A stretch of 64,000 bases of DNA from positions 1 to 64,000 of IMG/VR virus record IMGVR_UViG_3300005805_000001; one strand, given 5' to 3'. Shown here one piece after another: positions 1-8,996 of this stretch (its first letter is position 1; every line of letters starts with the position of its first letter). The stretch is from a virus (Duplodnaviria; Caudoviricetes). The translations under genes were made by a program, and so were the position numbers. The notes under the pieces were generated by a model that was given only the letters and a program-made list of their open reading frames with translations, was not told the DNA's origin and did not search any database.

Positions 1-615
1 CATCCTACTATTCCTTTTGGTTGGATCCTTGATCAACCTTATGCAGGTCCTTCTAATTCTGCTTTACCAGTAGCTGATCAAGGATTTGTAACTGCAGGTG
101 CTGACTATGGTATCCGCTTTACCGGTAAAAACCTTCCTTTCACACTTGACTTCTTCAAGTTCAAGCGTGTTAACTTCACTGTGCAAATGCAAGGTTTCGG
201 CACAACTCCTTTGGTTAAAACCCAGAACACCACTTATGGACAAGGCGACGGACGTCTTTGCGCTGAAGAAGAATCATTCTGCAAAGGTTTCCAAGGTGCG
301 TTGAACCGTATGACTGTACCATTGCCAGCCATCACCATTGATTCAAACTATGGTACTACAACTTCAATAAACACCACTTATGCTGATGCATTCGTGACTG
401 CAGCCCAGTTGTATGAAACTGTACAAATTGCTTTCTATGGTGAGAATTTGCACACAACCACTCCAAGTGTGAAAATGCCTGAGACAATCAAGTTGTTCTT
501 ATATCCTGCCGCTAGTCAGAACAAGGCTGCCAACACAGGTGTATTGACTGCTCTTGATGATTGGATGGCTTCAACCCCGAATGCTTTCGCAGCAATTGCT
601 GGTTCATTCTCTTAA
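1..615 (+). CDS. Capsid-associated structural protein, 5'-truncated (likely crAss-like auxiliary capsid protein)
   Basis: Frame 1 is open from base 1 (HPTIPFGWILDQPYAGP...YGIRFTG...) to TAA at 613-615. It is followed by a strong terminator and sits just upstream of crAss-like vertex and fibre genes. The family call is from context. Confidence 0.5.
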   Translation, partial: HPTIPFGWILDQPYAGPSNSALPVADQGFVTAGADYGIRFTGKNLPFTLDFFKFKRVNFTVQMQGFGTTPLVKTQNTTYGQGDGRLCAEEESFCKGFQGALNRMTVPLPAITIDSNYGTTTSINTTYADAFVTAAQLYETVQIAFYGENLHTTTPSVKMPETIKLFLYPAASQNKAANTGVLTALDDWMASTPNAFAAIAGSFS

Positions 616-651
616 TCTTTTCTTTCTGTTTTTCAATTAATGGTTGGTTGA

Positions 652-680
652 GGGGGCGAGTGAAAGCTTGCCCCCTTTTT
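652..680 (+). terminator. Rho-independent terminator
   Basis: GGGGGCGAGT-GAAA-GCTTGCCCCC hairpin with a GAAA tetraloop, followed by TTTTT, downstream of the first CDS. Confidence 0.85.
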
Positions 681-710
681 CAACATCTCAAGGTTTAAAC
701 AAAACAATAG

Positions 711-1307
711 ATGGCATTAAACGTAAAATTCAATCTTTGTCAAACTCCTACATGTACAAGACTGGAGTTTACGGATCAGACCAAGGCATATAACCTTATT
801 GACAATCCGGGAGGTTATGATCAGAACAACGAGGTTCCGAATCAACCATCAACTGGAGAGTTTTTTGGCGAACCTGTCACCCTTGCCATAACTACACCGG
901 CAAACACGGTATATACGTTTAATCTTGCAACTGCAGGATTTCCTACAGTTGACGATACATTTACTTATACAATAGAGTCTTCTGACCTGGGATACGGTAC
1001 CAGTGGAATCCTTGACGGAATATACCAGGCGGTATATACCCTTTCAACGGCATTGGAAACCTTTACAGTCAGCAAGTATTATCTTTTTACATGCCAAACA
1101 GATTGTTGTATTGACAAATTATACAACAAGATAATGGTAAATAACAGTTGTTGTAACTGTGAAAACCCTGAACTTCAAGCCGCAATTGAAGCCGAAGGTT
1201 ATGTATGTGCGGCAAAAAACGCCCTTGCATGCGGCAGAATTTCACAAGCCAAGAACCTTCTCGCAAAGGCACAATCAGTTTGTAGTAACTTAAAATGCAA
1301 ATGCTGA
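711..1307 (+). CDS. Cys-rich virion structural protein (crAss-like portal-vertex auxiliary type)
   Basis: 198 aa with an LEFTDQT..Y...NPGGY N-terminus and a Cys-rich helical C-terminus (CQTDCC...CCNC...CKC). Its position between capsid and fibre genes matches crAss-like gene order. Confidence 0.55.
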   Translation: MALNVKFNLCQTPTCTRLEFTDQTKAYNLIDNPGGYDQNNEVPNQPSTGEFFGEPVTLAITTPANTVYTFNLATAGFPTVDDTFTYTIESSDLGYGTSGILDGIYQAVYTLSTALETFTVSKYYLFTCQTDCCIDKLYNKIMVNNSCCNCENPELQAAIEAEGYVCAAKNALACGRISQAKNLLAKAQSVCSNLKCKC

Positions 1308-1311
1308 TAGG

Positions 1312-2988
1312 ATGGCGTTACAATATACAAAGTCCCAACTTGAAAACATTTCCAAAAGGCTTCAATGCTGTGCGGCTGATGCCGCCATGGAGTCTTTGAC
1401 AGGAGAGGTATTTCTTGATCATGAAAAGGAAACATGCGGTTGGAACAAATTTAAATTCCTTACAAGGGCAAGTAAGATCCTAAAAGATTACATTCCTGGA
1501 GGTTTGTATACTTATGACGAGCCTTTTGTCCGGGAAGCAATGATAGACACTGAACTTCCAGGTTCATTCATATGCGTAGACAGTGCGGTTGTTGAGGATA
1601 TAAACAGTCCGTTTTACGGATTTTCCTTTATCATGTACCATGATTACGCATTGCCAGTCATAAATTCATACCTTTTTGTTATACGTAACGGTGAACTTCA
1701 TTCGGTATTTAGTACCGCGGATTATGCTGCACCTTATTTTGATGGTATGGCTTCAGTCACTTTTGACAGTAATTCAGGTTATCTTGTCTTAGCGGGAAAC
1801 CTTACAATTCAAAGGTTTGACCCTGCTCCCTTATTAAACGACATTCCATTACCTCCCATACCGTTGTCAAACATGGCAACACCACCTGGTGCATATGTTG
1901 AAGCAGGGATGTTTAACTACATTAACAACGAAAGTTATTTCATAGGCAATGCCTTTGACAAGGTTATAAAATATAACGCAGTATCCAATACCTATATAAC
2001 CATAACCCTTCCTGTAACGCCGTCATTTTTAAACATTGCGTTGGACTATTCAACAGGCAGGATATGGGTGTCAGGTGACAATAACATATATGTCATTGAT
2101 CCGTATACAAACGCAATAATAAATACCATTGACATTAGTGTTTTGTTTTCCGGATTTCTTTATATTGGACGATTAACCTTTGACCGTGAAAACAACAGGT
2201 TTCTTGTTCCCATATTTGATGGAGGCATTACGGGATCAGTCAAACTTTTTGACATAAGCGGAGTTCCTTATCCCGGTGATGCGTATACTGATGGAACATA
2301 TCTTGATCAAGCCTTTTATTATCCAAGGACCTCTGATTATATAATCACTTATTATAATGACGGGTTCTTTGTAAAAAACGGTCCTTTTTTCTCTTTGGAT
2401 TTTCCCAAAAAGATCCTATTTGACAGAAAGAATGATAAACTTATTGTAGGAGGATATGTGCCTTTTGGTCAAACAACTTCAAGAATACACGTATTCAATT
2501 CACCATATACTCAAGAGGAACTTTGTCTTACAGACAATGATGTCCAGACTTTGATAGAAACCGCACAAAAACATTGTTGTGATTGTTGCGGTCCTGAAGT
2601 GATCAACATTGATTATGATGCTTTTTCAAACAGTCCTTTGACTGAGGCATCAGAACAATCGTTCCCAGAAGAATTATTCACACTGTATTACGGCAAGAGT
2701 ACAAATGCCAATCTTGGAAAAGCTGATCCTGCAGCCATATTAACCCTTACTGCGGTAAACAGGTACACATTTACAGGAACCTACAATTATTATGTATCAG
2801 GCAGTCCTTCGTATCTTTATTTTGCAGTACCTGTTGCACTGGGAATACCAAACGGATTTTATGATGCAGTAACAGGAGCAGCCATAGCAATGCAGGCTCC
2901 TTATATCCTTACATATCTGGGTATTTCCTACAGGATGTATCAATCCGTAACCACATATACTTCAAACATAAGCTTAAAAGTAATATAA
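1312..2988 (+). CDS. Virion structural protein with a central beta-propeller-like domain
   Basis: 558 aa. Cys clusters ([14 protein letters not shown]) flank repeated beta-strand units ([55 protein letters not shown]). Confidence 0.6.
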   Translation: MALQYTKSQLENISKRLQCCAADAAMESLTGEVFLDHEKETCGWNKFKFLTRASKILKDYIPGGLYTYDEPFVREAMIDTELPGSFICVDSAVVEDINSPFYGFSFIMYHDYALPVINSYLFVIRNGELHSVFSTADYAAPYFDGMASVTFDSNSGYLVLAGNLTIQRFDPAPLLNDIPLPPIPLSNMATPPGAYVEAGMFNYINNESYFIGNAFDKVIKYNAVSNTYITITLPVTPSFLNIALDYSTGRIWVSGDNNIYVIDPYTNAIINTIDISVLFSGFLYIGRLTFDRENNRFLVPIFDGGITGSVKLFDISGVPYPGDAYTDGTYLDQAFYYPRTSDYIITYYNDGFFVKNGPFFSLDFPKKILFDRKNDKLIVGGYVPFGQTTSRIHVFNSPYTQEELCLTDNDVQTLIETAQKHCCDCCGPEVINIDYDAFSNSPLTEASEQSFPEELFTLYYGKSTNANLGKADPAAILTLTAVNRYTFTGTYNYYVSGSPSYLYFAVPVALGIPNGFYDAVTGAAIAMQAPYILTYLGISYRMYQSVTTYTSNISLKVI

Positions 2989-3371
2989 TGGCTAATTGTA
3001 ATTGTACAGATGATTGTTGCGGATGCAATAATTTACCTTACATCCAAGGTCCGCAGGGTGTAAATGGACAAGACGGACTTAACGGAGCACAAGGACTTCA
3101 AGGTATACCTGGGCCTACAGGTCCAGCAGGTCCTGCCGGCCCACAAGGTGATCCTGGTCCCGCAGGTCCTAACGGTTCTCCAGGTCCTGCGGGTCCTGCC
3201 GGACCAATTGGTCCGACTGGACTGACAGGCCCACAAGGACCTGCAGGATTACCAGGTCCTGCAGGCCCCATTGGTCCTACCGGTCCTGAAGGTGGTACCT
3301 GGATTGAGTTTTTCATGTCAGGATTGGCTTTTGACTTATTTGATATACAAAACAAAGATTTAAACCCATAA
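2988..3371 (+). CDS. Collagen-like fibre protein
   Basis: Cys-rich N-terminus followed by a long Gly-X-Y run ([10 protein letters not shown]...GPTGPEG). TAATG coupling to the upstream gene. Confidence 0.85.
   Translation: MANCNCTDDCCGCNNLPYIQGPQGVNGQDGLNGAQGLQGIPGPTGPAGPAGPQGDPGPAGPNGSPGPAGPAGPIGPTGLTGPQGPAGLPGPAGPIGPTGPEGGTWIEFFMSGLAFDLFDIQNKDLNP
3049..3291 (+). repeat. Collagen (Gly-X-Y)n coding repeat
   Basis: Imperfect 9-nt periodic GGN-CCN-NNN repeats within the fibre gene. Confidence 0.85.
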
Positions 3372-3381
3372 ATAAAATAAC

Positions 3382-3648
3382 ATGGCAATTATTTCAACAA
3401 CTGGAGGATCGGGTGCTTATACACATGTAGCTAGTAGTGTATATTCATTATTTACAACACCTGCTATTGGCGGAGCTGTTACAGCTAATACTTTTTTTAT
3501 TGTTTACCTTACACTTATAGATACTTCTGGAATTGGAAATCCGGCACAATATAATAAGATAATAGTAGGACCAAATACTCCTGTAAGACAATTCGGTGAA
3601 AATGGAGATACTTCTATTTGGCATTATGTCGGAATGGAAATCAGTTAA
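3382..3648 (+). CDS. Small hypothetical protein, possibly fibre-associated
   Basis: 88-aa ORF with an A-rich start context, filling the gap between two collagen genes. Codons end mostly in T/A. Confidence 0.6.
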   Translation: MAIISTTGGSGAYTHVASSVYSLFTTPAIGGAVTANTFFIVYLTLIDTSGIGNPAQYNKIIVGPNTPVRQFGENGDTSIWHYVGMEIS

Positions 3649-3678
3649 TCAACTTTTAAACCCTTAAACCCTTAAAAC

Positions 3679-5214
3679 ATGGGATGTAAAAATTGTGATC
3701 CTATTACCCTGCCCGTCATTACAGGTCCTCAAGGACCACAGGGTATTCAAGGTATTCCAGGTAATGACGGTGCTCCAGGACCTCCCGGACCTGCCGGTCC
3801 TACAGGTTGCATAGGTAAAACATTATATGTATCTGCATGCGGTGATGACCTTACCGCTGTTCCTTATGATTATGTCTATCACTATAGCACCATTGAAGCC
3901 GCGGTTGCTGCAGCACAAACAGGTGATACAGTAATGGTACATGCAGGAGACTACACAGTTACTTCCAATCTTTACAAGGATAATGTGCATATTCATTTTA
4001 TAAACGGAGCCCGTGTATTTTCAGTAAATGCCTTGATTCCGTTTAATGTGAATAGTGCAGGTAAATGCCATGTCACTGGAGACGGTGAGTTTTATACGGA
4101 TCCCTCAGGTGTAAGTTCTACAACTCCTGCAGTATTATATACACCTGTTGCAGGAGCTGATGTGTTCTTTGAATGTAAGAAAGTGGAAGTTGCAAATGCT
4201 ACAGGTTCTGGATCGGCTTTTGCAATATTCAATGGTAATGTTACAATCAAGGTAAAGGAAAGTGTTTCTGCAACATTTCAATGCCTACTCATACGTACCG
4301 GTACTGCACTTGTAAATTTCAGTTGTCCTGTACTTATATGGAAGGGTTTAAATGAAGCTTTGAATACATTGACCGCTTGTGTTTTGATAGGTTATGATTT
4401 TGCAGGTAAAGCCGTTATTACCGTAGATGAAATGAAAAACACGTCAAGTGGAGGCACTAACATGATTGCAATAGGGTCAATGAGTGGAAGTGCCATTATA
4501 AGATGTCCCAAAGTGGTTAACAATTTTAATGGATTTGGTACGGTAGGATTGTTTCTTATAAACAAAATAGGTTATTTTAGGTTTGAAGGAAACATTTATT
4601 CTTCTCAAATCGGGTCTTTAGCCGGAGGTATCTGGTCATCTGTACAAGAAGGCACTAATTGGAACCAGTATACTGAAATAGTTGGTAATATTTATGTAGA
4701 TACCAATTATGCAATATACCTGAACAATGGTCCTGGTATAATGAGGTATTCAGGAAATATCTGGGGTAATAATGACGGATCTCAGTTTATAACTGGTACT
4801 TGGCCCGGACCTCCTACAAATTCAGGTTCAATACCTGTTGAATTCCTTATTTATATTGGATATCAAACAACCTTAAGTAATCCTACAATCGTATCGCAAC
4901 TTTATTTAAAGGATTGTGCACTTCATCAGATGCAAAAAGATGCCATTGCAATCTATAAAAGCCAGGCTTTCCTTATGCCAGGAACCGTTGAAACAAGTCA
5001 ATACCTGCAACTGCAGAATGTAAGCATGTATGTTGAAGACGGAGATGGAACTTATTGCATTGACGGTAGTACCTTTATAGCAAACAACGATGTACATCTT
5101 ATAGGGTGTGTTTCAAATTCCCCTGTATCTGCCAACATCACTCAACTTGGTCAATCCGTAATAAGTGATGTTACAATGGAAGCTTATTATGATAATGTTT
5201 ACATGGATCTTTAA
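3679..5214 (+). CDS. Tail fibre/tailspike: short collagen segment plus parallel beta-helix (pectin-lyase-like) domain
   Basis: MGCKNCD N-terminus and Gly-X-Y repeats, then TIEAAVAAAQTGDTVMVHAGDY (a typical start of a right-handed beta-helix) and repetitive beta-strand/Asn/Gly sequence. Confidence 0.75.
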   Translation: MGCKNCDPITLPVITGPQGPQGIQGIPGNDGAPGPPGPAGPTGCIGKTLYVSACGDDLTAVPYDYVYHYSTIEAAVAAAQTGDTVMVHAGDYTVTSNLYKDNVHIHFINGARVFSVNALIPFNVNSAGKCHVTGDGEFYTDPSGVSSTTPAVLYTPVAGADVFFECKKVEVANATGSGSAFAIFNGNVTIKVKESVSATFQCLLIRTGTALVNFSCPVLIWKGLNEALNTLTACVLIGYDFAGKAVITVDEMKNTSSGGTNMIAIGSMSGSAIIRCPKVVNNFNGFGTVGLFLINKIGYFRFEGNIYSSQIGSLAGGIWSSVQEGTNWNQYTEIVGNIYVDTNYAIYLNNGPGIMRYSGNIWGNNDGSQFITGTWPGPPTNSGSIPVEFLIYIGYQTTLSNPTIVSQLYLKDCALHQMQKDAIAIYKSQAFLMPGTVETSQYLQLQNVSMYVEDGDGTYCIDGSTFIANNDVHLIGCVSNSPVSANITQLGQSVISDVTMEAYYDNVYMDL

Positions 5215-5224
5215 TCAATAAGGA

Positions 5225-5524
5225 ATGTCAATAGACACTACAGCTCTTACTATTCTTATCAATATGACGGGTTGGGTCGTAGTGGGATATCTTGCAAAGG
5301 CTTATTTTGACGATATAAAAACAGTCAAACTAAAAAGCCATGAGATAGACACTAAATACCAGCAGATTCTTCTTGAACAAAGGTTACAGGCACAAAAGAT
5401 TGAATTCCTTGAAAAAGCCATTGAAGACATTGACAACAATGTACATGAAATCAAGGAGATGCTTGAAAAAAACAACAATGTTCTTATAAATGAACTTAAG
5501 GAACAATTAAGAAACAGGGGATGA
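5225..5524 (+). CDS. Membrane-anchored coiled-coil protein (holin/antiholin-like candidate)
   Basis: One N-terminal hydrophobic helix (ALTILINMTGWVVVGYLAKAYF) followed by a coiled coil. First gene of the envelope/lysis cluster. Confidence 0.45.
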   Translation: MSIDTTALTILINMTGWVVVGYLAKAYFDDIKTVKLKSHEIDTKYQQILLEQRLQAQKIEFLEKAIEDIDNNVHEIKEMLEKNNNVLINELKEQLRNRG

Positions 5525-6369
5525 GGAAAACCTTATTGACCATATTGTTGGTGTTTTACACTGCTCTTGCATTTCCACAATGTCCAGGACCTGTAATAGG
5601 TGTTGCTGTTGCAATACCTGCAGGTTCTTTTTCCTGTACCCAACAGTCTTTTCCCGCTCCAATAGGATTAAACTCGGAGGCTACGGCAATTACCATGTGT
5701 TTCAATTATTACAATGTAGGTCCGGTTAACCTGAATTACCTTTTGGTAAATGGATTATGTGGACCGTTTCCATTGTATAACACCTTGTCATTCTCAATTT
5801 ATGATTCGAGTTGCAATGCCATTGTAATCAATGGATCAATATTGCCTACTTCCGTCAATGCGACTGTAACAACATTGACTCCTGGAACATGGTATACAAT
5901 ATGTTATACATGGTCTCCAAATTGTCCACAATACTCGGCGTGTCCCTTGATTTATACAAGTGCTCTTCCTGTTGAACTGCTTTCATTCAATGCAAAGGCA
6001 TTGGAGTCATCAAACAGGATCACATGGTCAACTGCGTCACAATCACAGGTTGATTCATTCATTGTTGACAAATCATGGGACCTGAGTGAATGGAGTCCTG
6101 TAAACACTGTTAAGGGGGCAGGGGATACAAACAACCAGAAAAACTATTTAATTGATGATTATGACCTGAGCACAGGCGCTTTGTATTACAGGTTGTCTGA
6201 AAAACTTTATTCAGGCCAAGTCAACATATTGGATATTACAGGACTTGTCAGAAACACAATACCCAGGGAACAACGGGTCTATGATCTTCTTGGAAGATCG
6301 ATGGGCCGTGATTTCAGGGGAATAAGAATTATTACAAATGACACAGATAGTAAAGTCATTATTGAATGA
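5521..6369 (+). CDS. Secreted protein resembling Bacteroidota type IX secretion system cargo
   Basis: Sec-type signal peptide and a Cys-rich N-domain. LPVELLSFNA...ITWSTAS...F.VDKS...VKGAG...Y...D...YYRL is the Ig-like module typical of T9SS substrates. The C-terminal RVYDLLGR resembles the type A CTD motif. Confidence 0.7.
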   Translation: MRKTLLTILLVFYTALAFPQCPGPVIGVAVAIPAGSFSCTQQSFPAPIGLNSEATAITMCFNYYNVGPVNLNYLLVNGLCGPFPLYNTLSFSIYDSSCNAIVINGSILPTSVNATVTTLTPGTWYTICYTWSPNCPQYSACPLIYTSALPVELLSFNAKALESSNRITWSTASQSQVDSFIVDKSWDLSEWSPVNTVKGAGDTNNQKNYLIDDYDLSTGALYYRLSEKLYSGQVNILDITGLVRNTIPREQRVYDLLGRSMGRDFRGIRIITNDTDSKVIIE

Positions 6370-6869
6370 GGCATATCTTACTGTTAATGGCATTGTGCCC
6401 TATGCTTTGCTTTGGGCAGCAGTATATTCCGTATTTGAAAGGGGAGTATGGCTATGATATTAATGTTGATAGACCTGTTCAAGGCTTTTCTGCGGAATAT
6501 ACTTATCTAAAGGACATTGGTACCTATTACAATGCCCGCCTCTTTGGGCTTACAGTAGGTGCAATGTATGACAAGTATAAATGGTCCGTACCGTTTTATT
6601 ATACCGTAAAGGTAAGTGAATGGAACGAGGTGGCCAGAATAGGTGTCATTCTGGATAAAGGCACCAAGGATCTTGATTTCAAAGGGATCAGGTTGCATGG
6701 ATCCTACGGGTTTGATAATATATTTACACGTAGGAGAACTGATGGAAGATTATGGTCCATAGAAGGATATGTAAGATATGGTAAGAACGGATTTGAGGCG
6801 GGTGGAAGATTGGGAGTTGGATTTGTATTTGACAAATATCACACGCGCATATGGTACAACAATTACTGA
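6366..6869 (+). CDS. Putative small outer-membrane beta-barrel protein
   Basis: Signal peptide (MRHILLLMALCPMLCFGQ), then alternating aromatic/Gly strands (YLKGEYGY, GFSAEYTY, FGLTVGAMY, IRLHGSYGF, IEGYVRY, GGRLGVGFVF). Confidence 0.55.
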   Translation: MRHILLLMALCPMLCFGQQYIPYLKGEYGYDINVDRPVQGFSAEYTYLKDIGTYYNARLFGLTVGAMYDKYKWSVPFYYTVKVSEWNEVARIGVILDKGTKDLDFKGIRLHGSYGFDNIFTRRRTDGRLWSIEGYVRYGKNGFEAGGRLGVGFVFDKYHTRIWYNNY

Positions 6870-7138
6870 AAGGAATACTGGTTTATCTTATGTTCGTAGG
6901 CATTGCATGCAGTTCGATACATATTGACAGCAAGACAAAATACCAAAAAAAGAACCTGAAAAGGTTCACTGAAAAAACTAGGTATTTCCATAGACCGTTT
7001 GGATTGCACATAAGAAAAAAAATAACTGTTAAACAAAGTGGGACATACAAACATCCCGCGGTTACCAGAGGTGCAAAACGAAGATTGAATTCAGAATCAT
7101 GGCTTAAAAAAATAGGAGAAGGAGAAATTGACTACTAA
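6851..7138 (+). CDS. Small basic lipoprotein
   Basis: Hydrophobic N-terminus with a lipobox-like GIAC-S and a Lys/Arg-rich body. Similar to the ORF at 61209-61418. Confidence 0.55.
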   Translation: MVQQLLKGILVYLMFVGIACSSIHIDSKTKYQKKNLKRFTEKTRYFHRPFGLHIRKKITVKQSGTYKHPAVTRGAKRRLNSESWLKKIGEGEIDY

Positions 7139-7379
7139 ACGAACCAAAAACATGAACATTTTAAAGACAAAGTATTACACGCAGAAGACAACCCCTTGGG
7201 CTACTGCGTTGGGTGACCTTGCCCTTTTACTGATTCCTGCGATCCAATTACTCGTTGCAGAAGCTCCGGGACTTACCGAGGCTCAACAATATTGGACGCA
7301 AGGTGTCTGCACTTTGCTGTTGATAACTGCAAAGTTCCTTTTGAAACTGTGGAAAGACAATGAAGAGGTTTCTGCTTAA
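7128..7379 (+). CDS. Putative holin (2 TM helices)
   Basis: Two hydrophobic helices (ALGDLALLLIPAIQLLVA; GVCTLLLITAKFLLKLW) and a short charged tail, overlapping the spanin gene. The true start may be the ATG at 7152. Confidence 0.55.
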   Translation: MTTKRTKNMNILKTKYYTQKTTPWATALGDLALLLIPAIQLLVAEAPGLTEAQQYWTQGVCTLLLITAKFLLKLWKDNEEVSA

Positions 7380-7854
7380 TATCTGTATTGCGGTATTTGC
7401 CTTGGTTTTCCTGTCAAGTTGTAACAGGAATCTTGCACCTAAGACTGAGTATGTCTATAAGGATAGTACTGTGACTGTTTACAGTTACAAGGATACCTTG
7501 ATATATGTAATGAAAGACAGTGTTGTCATTGACAGTATACGCGTGCAGGTGGATTCAGCAGGACTTGTCCAGTTGAAACCTGTAAAGGTTAAATCCAAGA
7601 ATGCCTATGTAAAGGCTGAAATAAAGAACAGTGTGCTTACTCTTGAAGGCGGATGTGATAGTCTTGCCTTGAAGATCAAGCAATTGACAATAGAAAATAC
7701 CCGTCTACAGTCTGAAAAGAAAGAGACGGTTCAAATAGTGGAGAAGGCATATATACCAAAATTCTATAAATTTTGCACGTATGCATTCATTTTATTAATC
7801 TGTGTATCAGGCGTTTACATTTACTTTAAGGTTTGGGGCTTGCCGAAATGGTAA
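7360..7854 (+). CDS. Putative unimolecular spanin (u-spanin)
   Basis: N-terminal lipoprotein signal (VFLSSC), beta-rich periplasmic part, C-terminal TM helix (YAFILLICVSGVYIYF). Confidence 0.65.
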   Translation: MKRFLLNICIAVFALVFLSSCNRNLAPKTEYVYKDSTVTVYSYKDTLIYVMKDSVVIDSIRVQVDSAGLVQLKPVKVKSKNAYVKAEIKNSVLTLEGGCDSLALKIKQLTIENTRLQSEKKETVQIVEKAYIPKFYKFCTYAFILLICVSGVYIYFKVWGLPKW

Positions 7855-7870
7855 TTTATTACTATATTTG
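7840..7870 (+). promoter_or_regulatory. Bacteroidota primary-sigma promoter (-33 TTG / -7 TAnnTTTG)
   Basis: TTG at 7840-7842, a 20-nt spacer, and TATATTTG at 7863-7870, 19 nt before the ATG at 7890. Confidence 0.55.
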
Positions 7871-7889
7871 GTAAATTCCCCCTTAAAGT

Positions 7890-8993
7890 ATGCGACAAAA
7901 ATCCAAGATCACGGAGTTCCTGGAAGAAAATCCTGAACTTCTTGACGGAAATTTCGGACACACTGCAAAGCTCTTTAATGTAAGTTATGATGCTGTCCGC
8001 TCAGCGGCCCGCAGATTAAAGGAAAGTCTAAGCAGGCATGCCCCACAGAAACAGGATCTTTTTGAAAAAGACCTGAAAGGCGTTCTTACAAAAGCTAAAA
8101 CATGGCAGTTGCCAAACGGTGAATGGAGGGAATCCCTTACTTTCCAAGTTGATTATGACCAGCAATGGAATGATTACAAGGACAAGTTCTTTGCTGAACT
8201 TGAGACCATTGGAAAGAAGAAGTTTGCTGATGTCAAAAAACCAAAGACCAACGGTTCGGTATGTCTTGAACTAAGTCTTCCTGACCTGCACTTTGGTAAA
8301 GGGGACATAGAGGAACTTACACACAGGTTTATTTATACCTGCATAGACCTTGTAAGCAAGGCGAAGCAATTTGGAATTGAAAGGATCCTTTTGCCTGTTG
8401 GCAATGATGGATTGAATTCCGAAGGAAGAAGATACACCACGACTGGTGGCACACCTCAGGATGACAGTGTTGATTGGAAGGTATCCTTCCGTGAATATTG
8501 GACTGCCGTGGCATCAGTGGTTGAAATGGTTTCAAAGGAGTATCCCGTAGATGTACTGATCATCCCAGGAAACCATGACACTGAAAGGATGTTCTATATA
8601 GGAGATGTGCTTCATGCGTTCTTCAGGAACAGTAAAGCCGTGACTGTGACAAACACAGGGGATTACCGTTCATACTATGAGTATGGTGTAAACATGATCC
8701 TGTTCACACACGGTGACAAGGAAAAACTAGCGGATCTTCCCTTGATCATGGCCACGGAGCAACCAGAAATGTTTGCCCGCACAAAGTACAGGGAAGTCCA
8801 TATGGGACACCTGCACAAGGAGAAGGTGAATGAGTTTCGCGGTATAAAGACAAGGTTCCTTCCATCAATCTGCACCACGGACGAGTGGCACAAGATGATG
8901 GGATATCAACACCAGAAAGCCGCACAGGCGTTCCTTTGGAACAAAGAGAATGGATTGGAAGGTTACTTTCAGGCAAACATTTTTGACAAGTGA
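7890..8993 (+). CDS. Calcineurin-like metallophosphoesterase with N-terminal HTH-like region
   Basis: All five metallophosphoesterase motifs are present: PDLHFG, GND, GNHD, FTHGD, GHLH. Confidence 0.85.
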   Translation: MRQKSKITEFLEENPELLDGNFGHTAKLFNVSYDAVRSAARRLKESLSRHAPQKQDLFEKDLKGVLTKAKTWQLPNGEWRESLTFQVDYDQQWNDYKDKFFAELETIGKKKFADVKKPKTNGSVCLELSLPDLHFGKGDIEELTHRFIYTCIDLVSKAKQFGIERILLPVGNDGLNSEGRRYTTTGGTPQDDSVDWKVSFREYWTAVASVVEMVSKEYPVDVLIIPGNHDTERMFYIGDVLHAFFRNSKAVTVTNTGDYRSYYEYGVNMILFTHGDKEKLADLPLIMATEQPEMFARTKYREVHMGHLHKEKVNEFRGIKTRFLPSICTTDEWHKMMGYQHQKAAQAFLWNKENGLEGYFQANIFDK

Positions 8994-8996
8994 CAA

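Noticed and set aside
1-615. Calling the first partial ORF the major capsid protein
   Set aside because: Only a C-terminal fragment is visible and I could not recognise HK97-fold motifs. Its position before the vertex-like gene fits an auxiliary capsid protein better.
3049-3810. Periodic repeats as a possible CRISPR array or DGR repeat
   Set aside because: They are in-frame collagen Gly-X-Y codons with no constant repeat and unique spacers. No reverse transcriptase or cas gene is in the window.
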